The notes beneath the pieces were generated by a model that was not told the DNA's origin, ran no database searches, and was given only the letters and a program-made list of their open reading frames with translations. Position numbers and translations under genes: made by a program. This document shows, piece after piece, positions 27,449 to 37,284 of a DNA stretch of 64,000 nt. Source of the stretch: Candidatus Multivoradales bacterium (GTDB taxonomy: Bacteria > Acidobacteriota > Thermoanaerobaculia > Multivoradales > JAHEKO01); contig CBDFIJ010000004.1 of NCBI GenBank assembly GCA_965248055.1, forward strand, positions 672,001 through 736,000, given 5' to 3'. Numbering within the stretch: position 1 is the stretch's first letter; each line of letters starts with the position of its first letter.

Positions 27449-28081
27449 CTAATTTGGAATGCACTGTAGCCATCTAGTTACCTGATCGTCAAGACCCCGA
27501 AGTGGATTTTTCTTTCCCTTCCCGGTGGCCGAGCAAACCATCTCCAGGGTGCCCATTACCGCCAAATCGAGATCCGGTGGAAGACTAAGCAAACCATCCC
27601 AAAAAATCTCTACGTGCTCCCCTGGCGCGCCGAACGAGAGTGAAAGAAGTGGCCTGTCTGCTTCCCAGTTGTCGTCGCCCAAATATGGATCCTTCATTAT
27701 CTGAATAAACCGGCGTGACCTTTGACTGGTCCGATCGAGAAAAGGTTGCCAATAGCGCGAGACCCTAGCAAGCTCTTCTTCGTCAACCGTTAGGCACCGC
27801 TCGGGCCAGAGATCCAAGGCCGATACGGTCATGCCACCATTCGCGTCGATTCGTATTATCTTCCCGTTTTCGAACCACCCTCCTGGCCAAGGCATCGCTT
27901 GGTCCTTTCTCCTCAAAAGTCGCCCTTCCACCGGCGCCGAACATACGGTGATCGTTACGAAGTGTTTGTTCCTTCGCGTCGAAGCGCCTCTTTTCCGATC
28001 AAGACACGGTATAGATGTCATGCAGGAAGCTGCGAAGAACACAGCTACGAACAAGAAAACCAATCTCGCGTTGAAAAACAT
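27449..28081 (-). CDS. Hypothetical exported protein or lipoprotein
   Basis: Hydrophobic N-terminus ending FAASC; 210 aa; lies in a lower-GC segment. Confidence 0.6.
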   Translation of the reverse strand: MFFNARLVFLFVAVFFAASCMTSIPCLDRKRGASTRRNKHFVTITVCSAPVEGRLLRRKDQAMPWPGGWFENGKIIRIDANGGMTVSALDLWPERCLTVDEEELARVSRYWQPFLDRTSQRSRRFIQIMKDPYLGDDNWEADRPLLSLSFGAPGEHVEIFWDGLLSLPPDLDLAVMGTLEMVCSATGKGKKNPLRGLDDQVTRWLQCIPN

Positions 28082-28411
28082 TACTTATGCACCCTACCGA
28101 CCAACCAAGCGCCAAGCCAACTATTCAATTCTCCGGAAGAAAGTCATTGACTGCTTTATGACGAAGAAATACTTCCTATGGAACCCTGGATAGACGACCT
28201 CGGCAATCGTCAACAGTGGAATGCTCCAGGCGGTGGCTGGTGCTGGCTGTGGTGGGATGCTGAAGCCAATGTGTACCACGCACAGTGGGTCGAAGGCGGC
28301 GAAACCGCGTCCGGATCTACGAAAGGCGAAGCCCCCCAGGTGCTCGCTGGCGCCTACAACTGCCAGAAGAACCACCGCAGGAATTGGGGAAGCACTCACG
28401 TCTCTATCTTT

Positions 28412-29920
28412 GTGTTGGCACGAGCGCTAGGCGCAACTCCCTGGGGAATCGATGCACGGCCGGTTGAGGTCGAGGCGGATGTGCGCACCGGGGTTCCGGC
28501 GTTTCGCATTGTCGGGTTGCCAGACGCGGCAGTACGCGAGAGTCAGGAGCGGGTGGCGTCGGCGGTTCGAAACTCGGGCTTCGAGGTTCCGCCGCGAGTG
28601 TTCACCATCAATTTGGCCCCGGCGGATATCCGTAAAGAGGGGAATTACCTAGATCTACCGATTGCTTTGGCTCTGCTGTCGGCGCTGGGATACCTGAGTC
28701 CGCAATCACTCGCCAGTCGTCTCTTCTGTGGCGAGCTTGGCCTCGACGGAGGTTTGCGCGCGATTCGCGGCGGCTTGGCGGTGGCCGATTTGGCCGCGCG
28801 AACCGGGATTTCGGAGGTGGTGTTGCCGCTTGCCTCTGCCCCAGAAGCTGCTGCCTTACAAGCGGTTCCAGTTATTGCCGCGTCGGGCTTGGCGCAACTG
28901 GTCCAGCATTTGCGTGGAGTCAGCCTGATCGAACCGACCGCCGATGGAGATTTCTCCTCGGCGCTGCGCCCTTCGGAGGATCTAGCGCAGGTTCGGGGGC
29001 AGGCGACCGCCAAGAGAGCGCTGGAGATCGCCGCAGCGGGTGGCCACAATTTGTTGTTCACTGGGCCGCCGGGATGCGGCAAGACGCTCCTGGCTGGCTG
29101 TCTGCCGGGCATTCTGCCGCCCTTGACGCGTCTGGAGTCGCTGACCGTGACCAAAATTCATTCCATGGTGAGCGACGCTCCGCTCTCAGGATTGGTCACG
29201 CGACGACCGCTGCGATCGCCTCATTCTTCGATTTCTACCGCCGGACTGCTTGGCGGTGGGACCGTGCCCCGTCCTGGTGAAGTCTCCTTGGCTCATCACG
29301 GCGTACTGTTTTTGGATGAGTTGCCGGAGTTCAAACGGCAAGCCTTGGAGGGACTGAGGCAACCCCTGGAGGCTGGTCGGGTCACCATCTCCCGAGTTCA
29401 AGGCCGGTACACCTTCCCGGCACGAGTACAACTGTTGGCGGCGCGAAACCCTTGTCCCTGCGGCCATCTGGGACATCCGAGCCAGGAATGCACTTGCAGC
29501 CAATCGATGATCGAGCGCTACCGGTCGCGGATCTCCGGTCCGTTACTCGATCGGATCGATCTGCAGGTCGAAGTTGGCGCGGTGACGTGGAGCGAGGTGC
29601 GGGACACCACTGCGGAAAATTCCAAGTCGGTGGCAGCGCGGATCTCGGTGGCGCGGCAGCAGCAAAGGGACCGCAACGGAGAGCAGATCCTCAATCGCCA
29701 ACTCAACACGCGGCAGATAGAACGTTGGTGCGCGGTGGACGCCACGACCAGTGCTCTTCTCAACACCGCCTATGAACGTCTTAGCTTGTCGGTGCGGGCG
29801 CTGCACAAGGTGCAAAAGGTCGCTCGTACCATTGCCGACCTGGCCAAGGAGGCAGAGATCGGCACGGCACACATCGCCGAAGCTCTGCAGTATCGAGGGA
29901 GCTCCAAGGTCGTTCGCTAG
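28412..29920 (+). CDS. comM: YifB/ComM-family Mg-chelatase-like AAA+ ATPase
   Basis: IVGLPDAAVRESQERV, INLAPADIRKEG..DLPIA, GPPGCGKT, PGEVSLAHHGVLFLDE, SGPLLDRIDL; family start VLARA at 28412. Confidence 0.93.
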   Translation: MLARALGATPWGIDARPVEVEADVRTGVPAFRIVGLPDAAVRESQERVASAVRNSGFEVPPRVFTINLAPADIRKEGNYLDLPIALALLSALGYLSPQSLASRLFCGELGLDGGLRAIRGGLAVADLAARTGISEVVLPLASAPEAAALQAVPVIAASGLAQLVQHLRGVSLIEPTADGDFSSALRPSEDLAQVRGQATAKRALEIAAAGGHNLLFTGPPGCGKTLLAGCLPGILPPLTRLESLTVTKIHSMVSDAPLSGLVTRRPLRSPHSSISTAGLLGGGTVPRPGEVSLAHHGVLFLDELPEFKRQALEGLRQPLEAGRVTISRVQGRYTFPARVQLLAARNPCPCGHLGHPSQECTCSQSMIERYRSRISGPLLDRIDLQVEVGAVTWSEVRDTTAENSKSVAARISVARQQQRDRNGEQILNRQLNTRQIERWCAVDATTSALLNTAYERLSLSVRALHKVQKVARTIADLAKEAEIGTAHIAEALQYRGSSKVVR

Positions 29921-29961
29921 CCTAGGCCGACAATTTCACCGTCTGCAGCGACATCCCGTTC

Positions 29962-31146
29962 CTAATCAGGAAACGGAGTCGGGTCGATGCCGGGGATCAC
30001 CGCCAAGGCGTTCTTGTAGTACAGCTTCTTCAGCACCTCGTCGGGAAGATCGAGTCCGTAGAGTCTCCAGAAAGCGTGGCGCCGCCGGTAGTACTTGATG
30101 TAGTCGTCGTCAGTCTCCAGAACTCGGAAGTAGGCGTAGTACTCCTCTACGTTCCAACTGTCTTTGCCGAACATCACCCGGTCCTGGTAGTCGACCAAGA
30201 ACTGCCGAGCAAAACGTGGTTGACGCCCGAGTTCGGCCAAGACCGCGCCAATCTCGGTATAGACGTTGGGCATTTCGTCCAGCAGCCGTGCCATCCGCCC
30301 CAAGTCATTGCCAAACCACCCCAAGTGGGCGTTGATGAACTTGGTGTCTGGGTGGCGTCGGAAGACATCGTGTTGTTGTTCGACTAACTGCTCAAAGCTG
30401 GGCTCAAAATCTGGTCCCCGGTAACGACCTGGGCGTTCGATCAGTTCATACAACCGTTCATTGTGGACATCTTTGGATTGCCAAAACGGGGCCGGATCGG
30501 CGACGTGGATCAGTACCGGAATCCCCAGTTCGCCGCACGCCGCCCATACCGGATCGAGTTTGGGATGATTGGCCGGAATCAGATTGCCTTCAGCGTCTTG
30601 ATTCATCATCCCCAAACTCTTGTAGATCTTGAGCCCCTGTGCTCCGGCGGCAACATCGCGCTCCAGATCGGCGACGGTCTTTTCTACCCAATCGGGTGCA
30701 TCCCAATTCGTGAAACTGATGTTGGTGAAGTTCACCACTCGACCTGGAGCCTGCTCGTGGACCCGGCGAATCGCATTCTCCAGGTACTCACTGCTATCAA
30801 TATCAAACGAGAACGTGCCGTCTTCGTTCTCAGTCCGCTGAAATCCCCGGCCACTCAGATTCACCATCACTTGCAGGTTGATCGAGTCCATACCGGCGAT
30901 TAACTCGGCGATATCTTGATCCGCGCCGAGCTGAAATTGGTGGTTGTGGACGTCGATAAACGGATACTTAGCCTGGCTGACAAGGGTCTCTGGAACCACC
31001 AGCGTCGAGGGTGGGTCGTAGGACATAAAGGAAGTCGAAGCCATCGGATCATCGAATTGTGGTTCTTCCTGCCCGTGGATCGGCCCAAATAGCGCCAACA
31101 TGCCGACGAGGCTGAGGATTACTGCGGTGTGCTTGGTTCGATTCAT
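29962..31146 (-). CDS. Exported amidohydrolase-family protein (Amidohydro_2-like)
   Basis: Signal peptide; IDVHNH, GLKIYK, PVLIHVADP, INAHLG, MFGKD. Confidence 0.85.
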   Translation of the reverse strand: MNRTKHTAVILSLVGMLALFGPIHGQEEPQFDDPMASTSFMSYDPPSTLVVPETLVSQAKYPFIDVHNHQFQLGADQDIAELIAGMDSINLQVMVNLSGRGFQRTENEDGTFSFDIDSSEYLENAIRRVHEQAPGRVVNFTNISFTNWDAPDWVEKTVADLERDVAAGAQGLKIYKSLGMMNQDAEGNLIPANHPKLDPVWAACGELGIPVLIHVADPAPFWQSKDVHNERLYELIERPGRYRGPDFEPSFEQLVEQQHDVFRRHPDTKFINAHLGWFGNDLGRMARLLDEMPNVYTEIGAVLAELGRQPRFARQFLVDYQDRVMFGKDSWNVEEYYAYFRVLETDDDYIKYYRRRHAFWRLYGLDLPDEVLKKLYYKNALAVIPGIDPTPFPD

Positions 31147-31255
31147 GGTGTCCTTTCGATTACTGTTTCTTCTGTCGGTCGCTTCTCTAGCAAACAATCC
31201 AGGTGAAACTTCTGTTATCTCGGTTCCGTACCCCAATAGTGAGGAGCGTCAACGA

Positions 31256-31462
31256 ATGAAAATGCTAATTCTGTGGTTGATTCTTTTGGCGGTCTCAGCG
31301 CCCTTGGCTTTACTAGTCCTGGTGTTGTTTCCCTTTTTGTGGCTGCTTCTGTTGCCGTTTCGCTTGCTCGGTTACGCGGTAGAGGGCGTCTTAGGTTTTC
31401 TCCGAGGGATACTGACTTTACCGGCACGCCTGCTGGGCGCAACGAAAAGAGCAACCTGCTAA
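31256..31462 (+). CDS. Small membrane protein
   Basis: GAGGAG SD; very hydrophobic 68 aa (LFPFLWLLLLPFRLLG). Confidence 0.65.
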   Translation: MKMLILWLILLAVSAPLALLVLVLFPFLWLLLLPFRLLGYAVEGVLGFLRGILTLPARLLGATKRATC

Positions 31463-31512
31463 CAAACTTCCTTAGCCCCACTCTGCCTTTTTGCTAGCCT
31501 GCTCTTCTCCAA

Positions 31513-32955
31513 CTAATGGTCGTGGCCGGCAAATTGCGGTCGCAAGATAAATAAACCTTCGCCGATCGAGCTGACCAAAATATTGCCGCTGGGCAAGAAC
31601 GGATAGACGCTCCAAGCTCCTTCAAAGCCCGGTGCGTCGTTCGCCGGATAGGTGTCAAAAAAAGCGACTTCTTCCAGGTGCCCCTGGTCTATGTCGTGCA
31701 AAGACAGGACCCGAAGACCGCTGGTGTAGTTGGCCTCATAGACGTACTCGCCTTTGACATAAAGGTTGTGGTCAGTGGAGCTGGTGTGTGAGGTGTAGGA
31801 GCCAGTCAACCTGGGAGCGGCTAAGTTTGAGACGTCGAAAATCCTGGTGCGGGTTCCATGACCGCTTCTCAGTTCATCGAGTTCGTCGTTGACCAGTAGA
31901 TACTGGTGGTTTTCGGTCAACCAGGCTTGATGGGTATAGGCGCTTCCAGAGTACGCGGTGCGAGAAATCATCCGCGGTTGTGCTTTGTCACTGACATTGA
32001 CAATGGTCACGGTGTCTTCATTGGCTGCGAAGCAAACCTCAGCCCCGACTTGATCGGCGTCCGGGCCACGATAGATCACACACTGCACATCGTGGCTATA
32101 TCCGTCTTCGGAGAAACAGCCAGCGTATCGAGGCTGGAGTGGTTGTCGCATATCCACCATGTGCAAGCCGCCGGCACAGGTATTGGTGCCGACGATGTAG
32201 GCAAAGCCGCTTTCTTGGTTGACCCCAACGTTGTGGCTGCTGCCGAGTAGTTCTCCCTGGTTAAATCCGAGCCCGAGACCAAAGTAGTCCGCCGTGGGTG
32301 CAAAGACCTGGCCCGGAGAAGCACCTTGCAGTTGGTGCAGATCGAAAATCTGCATCCCATGCCCCGGCGAACCATCAGCCACCACTACCACATAGTGGTC
32401 GATTGTTTTCAGATCTCGCCAGGACGATGGAAAGGTCCGCGTCGGCAACACCCCCACCATGACCGGCTTGGTCGGATCGGTGACGTCAACAAAAGACACT
32501 CCGGCGGCACGACCCACCAGCGCGTACTCACGACCGGTACGTTCATCGACCCAACCCCACAGGTCATTGACAATTTCGCTATCACCAGCGCCCAACACGG
32601 AGCGCGGCACGAGTGCCAACAGGTTCATATCGTGGCAGGGAAATCCAGACGCCTGCCCTGCAGAACATGGAACGCCTGCCGCCGCGGGAGGTTCCCCTTC
32701 GGGCGGCGGCGGATCATCTTCATGCAGGTGCTCGGGTTGGCCGCTGGTCTGTGGATTCATGGCCCCAGTCGATACCTCCACCGCGGTTTCTGTCGCGACC
32801 GGTTTCATGCTGGCACTTCGGGTTCGCGCCGCACCTCGGGTTGGACTGGCCCCCCAGGCGTCGTTGACACCGAGAAACAACAGCAAGCTCAGGGTGGCGA
32901 TCCAAATCGTCCCAGCTCTCCTGGAGTAAAGTTCGTTCGTGATTAGCTCAAACAT
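31513..32955 (-). CDS. Choice-of-anchor B family / LVIVD-repeat exported protein
   Basis: NDLWGW..GREYALVG, WRDLK, SHNV, CAGGLHMVD, YSHDVQC, YTHQAWL, DHNLYV, GAWSVYPFLPSG. Confidence 0.85.
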   Translation of the reverse strand: MFELITNELYSRRAGTIWIATLSLLLFLGVNDAWGASPTRGAARTRSASMKPVATETAVEVSTGAMNPQTSGQPEHLHEDDPPPPEGEPPAAAGVPCSAGQASGFPCHDMNLLALVPRSVLGAGDSEIVNDLWGWVDERTGREYALVGRAAGVSFVDVTDPTKPVMVGVLPTRTFPSSWRDLKTIDHYVVVVADGSPGHGMQIFDLHQLQGASPGQVFAPTADYFGLGLGFNQGELLGSSHNVGVNQESGFAYIVGTNTCAGGLHMVDMRQPLQPRYAGCFSEDGYSHDVQCVIYRGPDADQVGAEVCFAANEDTVTIVNVSDKAQPRMISRTAYSGSAYTHQAWLTENHQYLLVNDELDELRSGHGTRTRIFDVSNLAAPRLTGSYTSHTSSTDHNLYVKGEYVYEANYTSGLRVLSLHDIDQGHLEEVAFFDTYPANDAPGFEGAWSVYPFLPSGNILVSSIGEGLFILRPQFAGHDH

Positions 32956-33065
32956 TCGACACCTCCAACCAGTACGCGCAGTGGCTATTGTCTCGCTATC
33001 GAGCCTCTGCAGCAAACAATCACCCCAAACTCCGTAAACTAAGCACTCTTCGATAGCCAGAAACA

Positions 33066-33884
33066 ATGTTGCCCCAACTCTTCCTTCTCAAGCTCGCCGC
33101 TGCGCTAGCGATCCTATTGGTGGCCGCCGTTGGGGTTCGCTGGGCGGTACACTTCTCTGGTAAGAAGTCGATCGGCAAGCGACAAGGCTGGGCCAACGCA
33201 TTGGCGGCAGGGATCTTTCTCGGCACCGGTTTACTCCATTTTGGAGCCAATGCCCACCGGGGTTGGATCGCGCGAGGAAGTGATTATCCCTGGGCTTCTC
33301 TGTTGATCTTGGGGGCGTTTCTGGTTCTACTGTTTGTCGAACACGTCGCATTCTCGGATGCGGCACACACCGTCGCCCACTCCCACACTGGCGGGCACGG
33401 CCATCATCACCACGAGATATCTGGGCAACCGTCTGCAGGTGGCCGCGGCACCTTCGGCATCCTGTTAGCCCTCAGCTTGCATTCGCTGTTGGCTGGCCTA
33501 GCCTTGGGCATCGCCCACGACAGCGCGACCACGACCCTGACCGCCGCCGCGATCTTGGCGCACAAACTCACCGAGGGCTTTGCCTTGGGCACGGTGCTCA
33601 GCCACACCGCCACCCGCTCCTGGCTGCATCCGTCTGCCTGGTTGTTCGTGCTGGCGACACCGCTCGGCATTCTGGTCGGCACAGTCGCCCAACGTAGCCT
33701 CAGTAACCCCACCGGGAGCACGCTGGACTTGATTGTCACCTCTTTCGCAGCAGGCACTTTTCTTTATATCGGGGCTTTTGACCTATTGCAGGATGAGTTC
33801 ATTGAACCCGAGGGACGGGTCGCCAAATGGATGTTCGCGGCATTGGGAGTCGGGCTGACGGCTCTTCTGGCAACGGTTTCTTGA
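33066..33884 (+). CDS. ZIP-family divalent metal transporter
   Basis: AAGIFLG..LLH, His-rich loop HSHTGGHGHHHH, LSLHS..GLALG, HKLTEGFALG, AAGTFLY. Confidence 0.9.
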   Translation: MLPQLFLLKLAAALAILLVAAVGVRWAVHFSGKKSIGKRQGWANALAAGIFLGTGLLHFGANAHRGWIARGSDYPWASLLILGAFLVLLFVEHVAFSDAAHTVAHSHTGGHGHHHHEISGQPSAGGRGTFGILLALSLHSLLAGLALGIAHDSATTTLTAAAILAHKLTEGFALGTVLSHTATRSWLHPSAWLFVLATPLGILVGTVAQRSLSNPTGSTLDLIVTSFAAGTFLYIGAFDLLQDEFIEPEGRVAKWMFAALGVGLTALLATVS

Positions 33885-34107
33885 GAATAGACCCCGTGGA
33901 GTGCTTGGAGGCAAAAACATAGAGCGCACTGCCTGGAGGTCTATAAGCCATCTACCAAGGCATCGAACAGTCCGTTGCACCGCAGTGCTGACAATGCTGT
34001 GGGTGGCGTCGCCTCTGCTGGCCCAGCCTCCCCAGAACATGCACCACCAAGAACACCCGCAAGAGTCTCCGATTCTGGCTGCCTACGACTTCGAAAGCCC
34101 TTCTCCG

Positions 34108-35344
34108 GGTGGTCTCATTCGGTCATCGCAACAGTTCAGCCAATTTTTCGGTCGGTTTCATCCATCCGAGCGTTTTTCGAGGTCGATCATTAAGCATATG
34201 AGCAACATGGTCGAGATGGCCCTGGCTGTGGACCTCGAGGTCGGTTCCCTTTGGGAAGTACTGGCGCAGTAACCCGTTGGTATTCTCGTTGCTTCCTCGC
34301 TGCCATGGGCTATGTGGATCACAGAAGTAGACTTGGACTCCCGTGTCGATGGTGAACTTGAGATGGGCAGCAAGCTCTTTCCCGCGATCCCAGGTCAAGG
34401 AGACTGCGAGATGTCTAGGCAGCGTCTTGATCTTCTTTGCTAGCAACGAACAGACATGTTGGCTGGTCCTATTTCGGCCGACAGAGAGCAACATGACATA
34501 TCTAGTTTGACGTTCGACCAGGGTGGCAATCGCCGATTGCCCAAGCGCTCCAATAATGAGATCGCCTTCCCAATGCCCAGGAACAGCGCGATCTTCGATC
34601 TCAGCAGGGCGGTCTGAAATGAGGACCATGCCCTTGATGTACCCGCCAGGATCTTTGCGTCCATGAGGTTTGCGGCGGGTGCGTTTCGAACGGAGGCAAG
34701 CCGAGAGTTCTTTTCGCAACGCTCCCCGCGATTGAACAAACAGAGACTGGTAGATCGTTTCATGTGACACGCGTAGCTCGGAGTCGTTTGGGTTCTCGAC
34801 CATTAGTCTCGCACTGATCTGCTCAGGAGACCAAAGCTTGTTCAGCATCGCTTCAACTTGAACACGGAGCCCTGGACATCGTCTCAGCTTCGAGATCTTA
34901 GGTCTCCTGGCTCTCCTGTAGGCCGCCTCGTCAGCCCGAACAGCCCGATAACGTCGGCGACCTCCATTGGCATTGACCTCACGTGAGATCGTCGACGGCG
35001 CTCGCTTGAGATGGCGGGCGATCACTCGATACGAAGCGCCTCCACTTAGATGGCGAGAGATCTCCTCGCGTTCGGCTAACGACAACCGTAGCTCTGAGCG
35101 ACTTGTCTCTCGCGCTGGTAGGCCTCCTGATGAATTCAACAGCCTCTGGACGGTCTTTGTTGAGCATCTGGCTGTGGCAGCAGCTTCTTCGAAGCTGCTG
35201 CCCTTGCCCACTAGGGACCGTACCTCCAATCGCTCTCCACGGGTAAGCCGCATGCCTCGGATTCGTCTCTTTACCATCCCAACACCTCCTGAGAATCTCT
35301 ATCAAACAATTCTCCAAGTGTTGCGATGATCGTTTGAGACCACC
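34108..35344 (-). mobile_element. IS30-family insertion sequence (1237 bp)
   Basis: 26-bp IRs GGTGGTCTCATTCGGTCATCGCAACA / GGTGGTCTCAAACGATCATCGCAACA (3 mismatches); 3-bp target duplication CCG. Confidence 0.95.
34123..35277 (-). CDS. IS30-family transposase
   Basis: RAPSTISREV, WSPEQI, SHETIYQ, GHWEGDL, TWDRGKE, PWQRGSNENTNGLLRQYFPK. Confidence 0.97.
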   Translation of the reverse strand: MVKRRIRGMRLTRGERLEVRSLVGKGSSFEEAAATARCSTKTVQRLLNSSGGLPARETSRSELRLSLAEREEISRHLSGGASYRVIARHLKRAPSTISREVNANGGRRRYRAVRADEAAYRRARRPKISKLRRCPGLRVQVEAMLNKLWSPEQISARLMVENPNDSELRVSHETIYQSLFVQSRGALRKELSACLRSKRTRRKPHGRKDPGGYIKGMVLISDRPAEIEDRAVPGHWEGDLIIGALGQSAIATLVERQTRYVMLLSVGRNRTSQHVCSLLAKKIKTLPRHLAVSLTWDRGKELAAHLKFTIDTGVQVYFCDPHSPWQRGSNENTNGLLRQYFPKGTDLEVHSQGHLDHVAHMLNDRPRKTLGWMKPTEKLAELLR

Positions 35345-35925
35345 CCGTCGGGGCCGGACACCTTCTGGGTGCGACAGAGCGGTGACGGAGAGGTGGCGCT
35401 CAGCAATGCCTTCCGAGTCGCAGGTTCACGGTCGCTGCACATTTCAGAAGTCCCCGACAACCGCGACTTCGCCAAGTTATTGGCATATTTCTGTGAGGCG
35501 GACGAAGGCACAGTCTTTGTTCAGTACTACATCCTGCTCACCGAGCCCCGGCAACACTTCAACTTTGCCCTCGCCGGTCCGGGTTGGTTTCTCAACATGA
35601 ACAAAGGTACCCATGCGATCTAGTTGCAAACTGCCAACGGTAGTTTGCAACACTTGGTCGGCGGCGCAGACAGAGGTTGGCAATAACTCTTCGCTCCTCG
35701 GCCTTTCGCTTGGTACTTCATCGACTTGTCTACCACGTGGATTCTGGAACCTACGACCTTGCAATCTACGAAGAAGGGTTTCGAGACGCCGGTGGTTGAC
35801 CTGAGGGGCGTCACCAACGTCAATGGGCAGCCCGGCTCCTCGCGATGTTTACCAATTCGTCAATCAAATCGGCCTCACCGTATACACCCCGCAGGGGTGC
35901 CTCCTTATCGTTGTCCGCTATTGAG

Positions 35926-37177
35926 TGACCTAGATCAAACACCTGTGAGACAGCGCCGTTAGTCGCCGAGGCTGTGGGGGATGTGGGAATCTCGTGAGAG
36001 ATTTCCAAGGGCTGTGGGAAGGCAAGCGTAGCTGGCTTTGCACCAGCCCATCATCATCCACAGCCGTGACAAGTAAAAAGGGGGCCAAGATCCTTCGGGT
36101 CTATCGAATAACCCAAAACGAAGGGAGGCCCCCAGATGCAAATCGTCGCACTCGATCGCAGTATCTACAAGTACTACCGTGAAGACATCGTTGTCTTAAG
36201 CTCTCAGGCTCGTGATCGGCTGCGCTTGGTTGCGAGCTTCGAGCAACTACGCGACAAGGGGATCTCGGGTGAAGAAGCAGCTCAGATCTTGGGCAAGAGT
36301 CGAGCTACCCTTTACCGCTGGCGCAAACGCCTTGAGCGTGGCCCCCGACATCTAGAACCGATATCAAGCCGACCCAAGCGGGTGCGTAAGGCTGACTGGT
36401 CACCTGAATTGGTACAGAGAGTCGAAAGTCTCCGTCGAGACTTTCCTGCCTGGGGCAAGGAAACCCTAGCGCCGCTGATCCAGGGCGAGGGCTTTGAGGT
36501 ATCAGAAGCCACTGTCGGGCGTATCTTGCGCAAACTAATGGATCGAGGGGTAATCCACCGGGTACGCTACCGGCGCCAGAAGTACAAAAACTCCCGGCGT
36601 ATGCGCCGGCTCCACGCTCAGCGACTGCCGAAATGGTGTCCCCGACCAACGCGCCCTGGCGAGCGACTGCAGATCGACACGCTGCATCTGGTCCCTGCTC
36701 CAGGCAAGTGGCTCAAACACTTTTCAGCCTCCTGTCCGGTCAGCCGGTGGACAGTGGGAGAGATCTATCAACGTGCCACTTCTCGCTGTGCAGCACGCTT
36801 TTTAGACAAAGTCATTGCCGAGTGTCCGTTTGACATCACCTCGATCCAAGTGGACGGTGGTAGTGAATTTATGGATGAATTTGAGAAAGCCTGCCGAGAT
36901 AGAGGTATCACCCTCTATGTGCTGCCGCCAAAGAGTCCGAAGCTCAACGGCACCGTCGAACGAATGCAGGAAACCTGGAGAGGAGAGTTTTATGAAATGT
37001 ATGAGCTACCCGATACTGTCTCGGCTTTGAGACCTTACATCCAGAGATTCCAGGACCTCTACAACACCTACAGGCCGCACAAGAGCTTGAAAAGAAAACC
37101 CCCGGCAAGGTACCTTCTAAAGCTCGACCCAGGGGTCGTGCTCCCGCCGACTGTCTCAAAGGTACTGATCTAGGACA
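35926..37177 (+). mobile_element. IS481-like insertion sequence (1252 bp)
   Basis: Imperfect IRs TGACCTAGATCAAACACCTGTGAGACAG / TGTCCTAGATCAGTACCTTTGAGACAG; 5-bp target duplication TTGAG at 35921 and 37178. Confidence 0.88.
36136..37173 (+). CDS. DDE (rve) transposase, IS481-like
   Basis: HTH SRATLYRW; QIDT, QVDGGSEF, SPKLNGTVER, YNTYRPHKSL in a single ORF. Confidence 0.92.
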   Translation: MQIVALDRSIYKYYREDIVVLSSQARDRLRLVASFEQLRDKGISGEEAAQILGKSRATLYRWRKRLERGPRHLEPISSRPKRVRKADWSPELVQRVESLRRDFPAWGKETLAPLIQGEGFEVSEATVGRILRKLMDRGVIHRVRYRRQKYKNSRRMRRLHAQRLPKWCPRPTRPGERLQIDTLHLVPAPGKWLKHFSASCPVSRWTVGEIYQRATSRCAARFLDKVIAECPFDITSIQVDGGSEFMDEFEKACRDRGITLYVLPPKSPKLNGTVERMQETWRGEFYEMYELPDTVSALRPYIQRFQDLYNTYRPHKSLKRKPPARYLLKLDPGVVLPPTVSKVLI

Positions 37178-37182
37178 TTGAG

Positions 37183-37212
37183 TTGACATTTCCTACCCCA
37201 ATCCACCAAAAT
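37183..37212 (+). promoter_or_regulatory. Putative sigma70 promoter for the M23 gene (and possibly secA)
   Basis: TTGACA-N18-CAAAAT about 75-100 bp upstream of ATG 37285. Confidence 0.45.
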
Positions 37213-37284
37213 TCACCAGCACGGTGAAAACGCCACAACAATAAGTATTAAAAGTCTAGGTAACGAACGCACGGGGCCATTCCG

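Larger units (their letters stand above)
33994..35925 (+). pseudogene. Exported-protein gene interrupted by IS30, with further stops and frameshifts, ending near IS481
   Basis: Removing the IS30 and one CCG restores ...AAYDFESPSP|SGPDTFWVRQ...; stops at 35621 and 35684; 3' end approximate. Confidence 0.7.
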
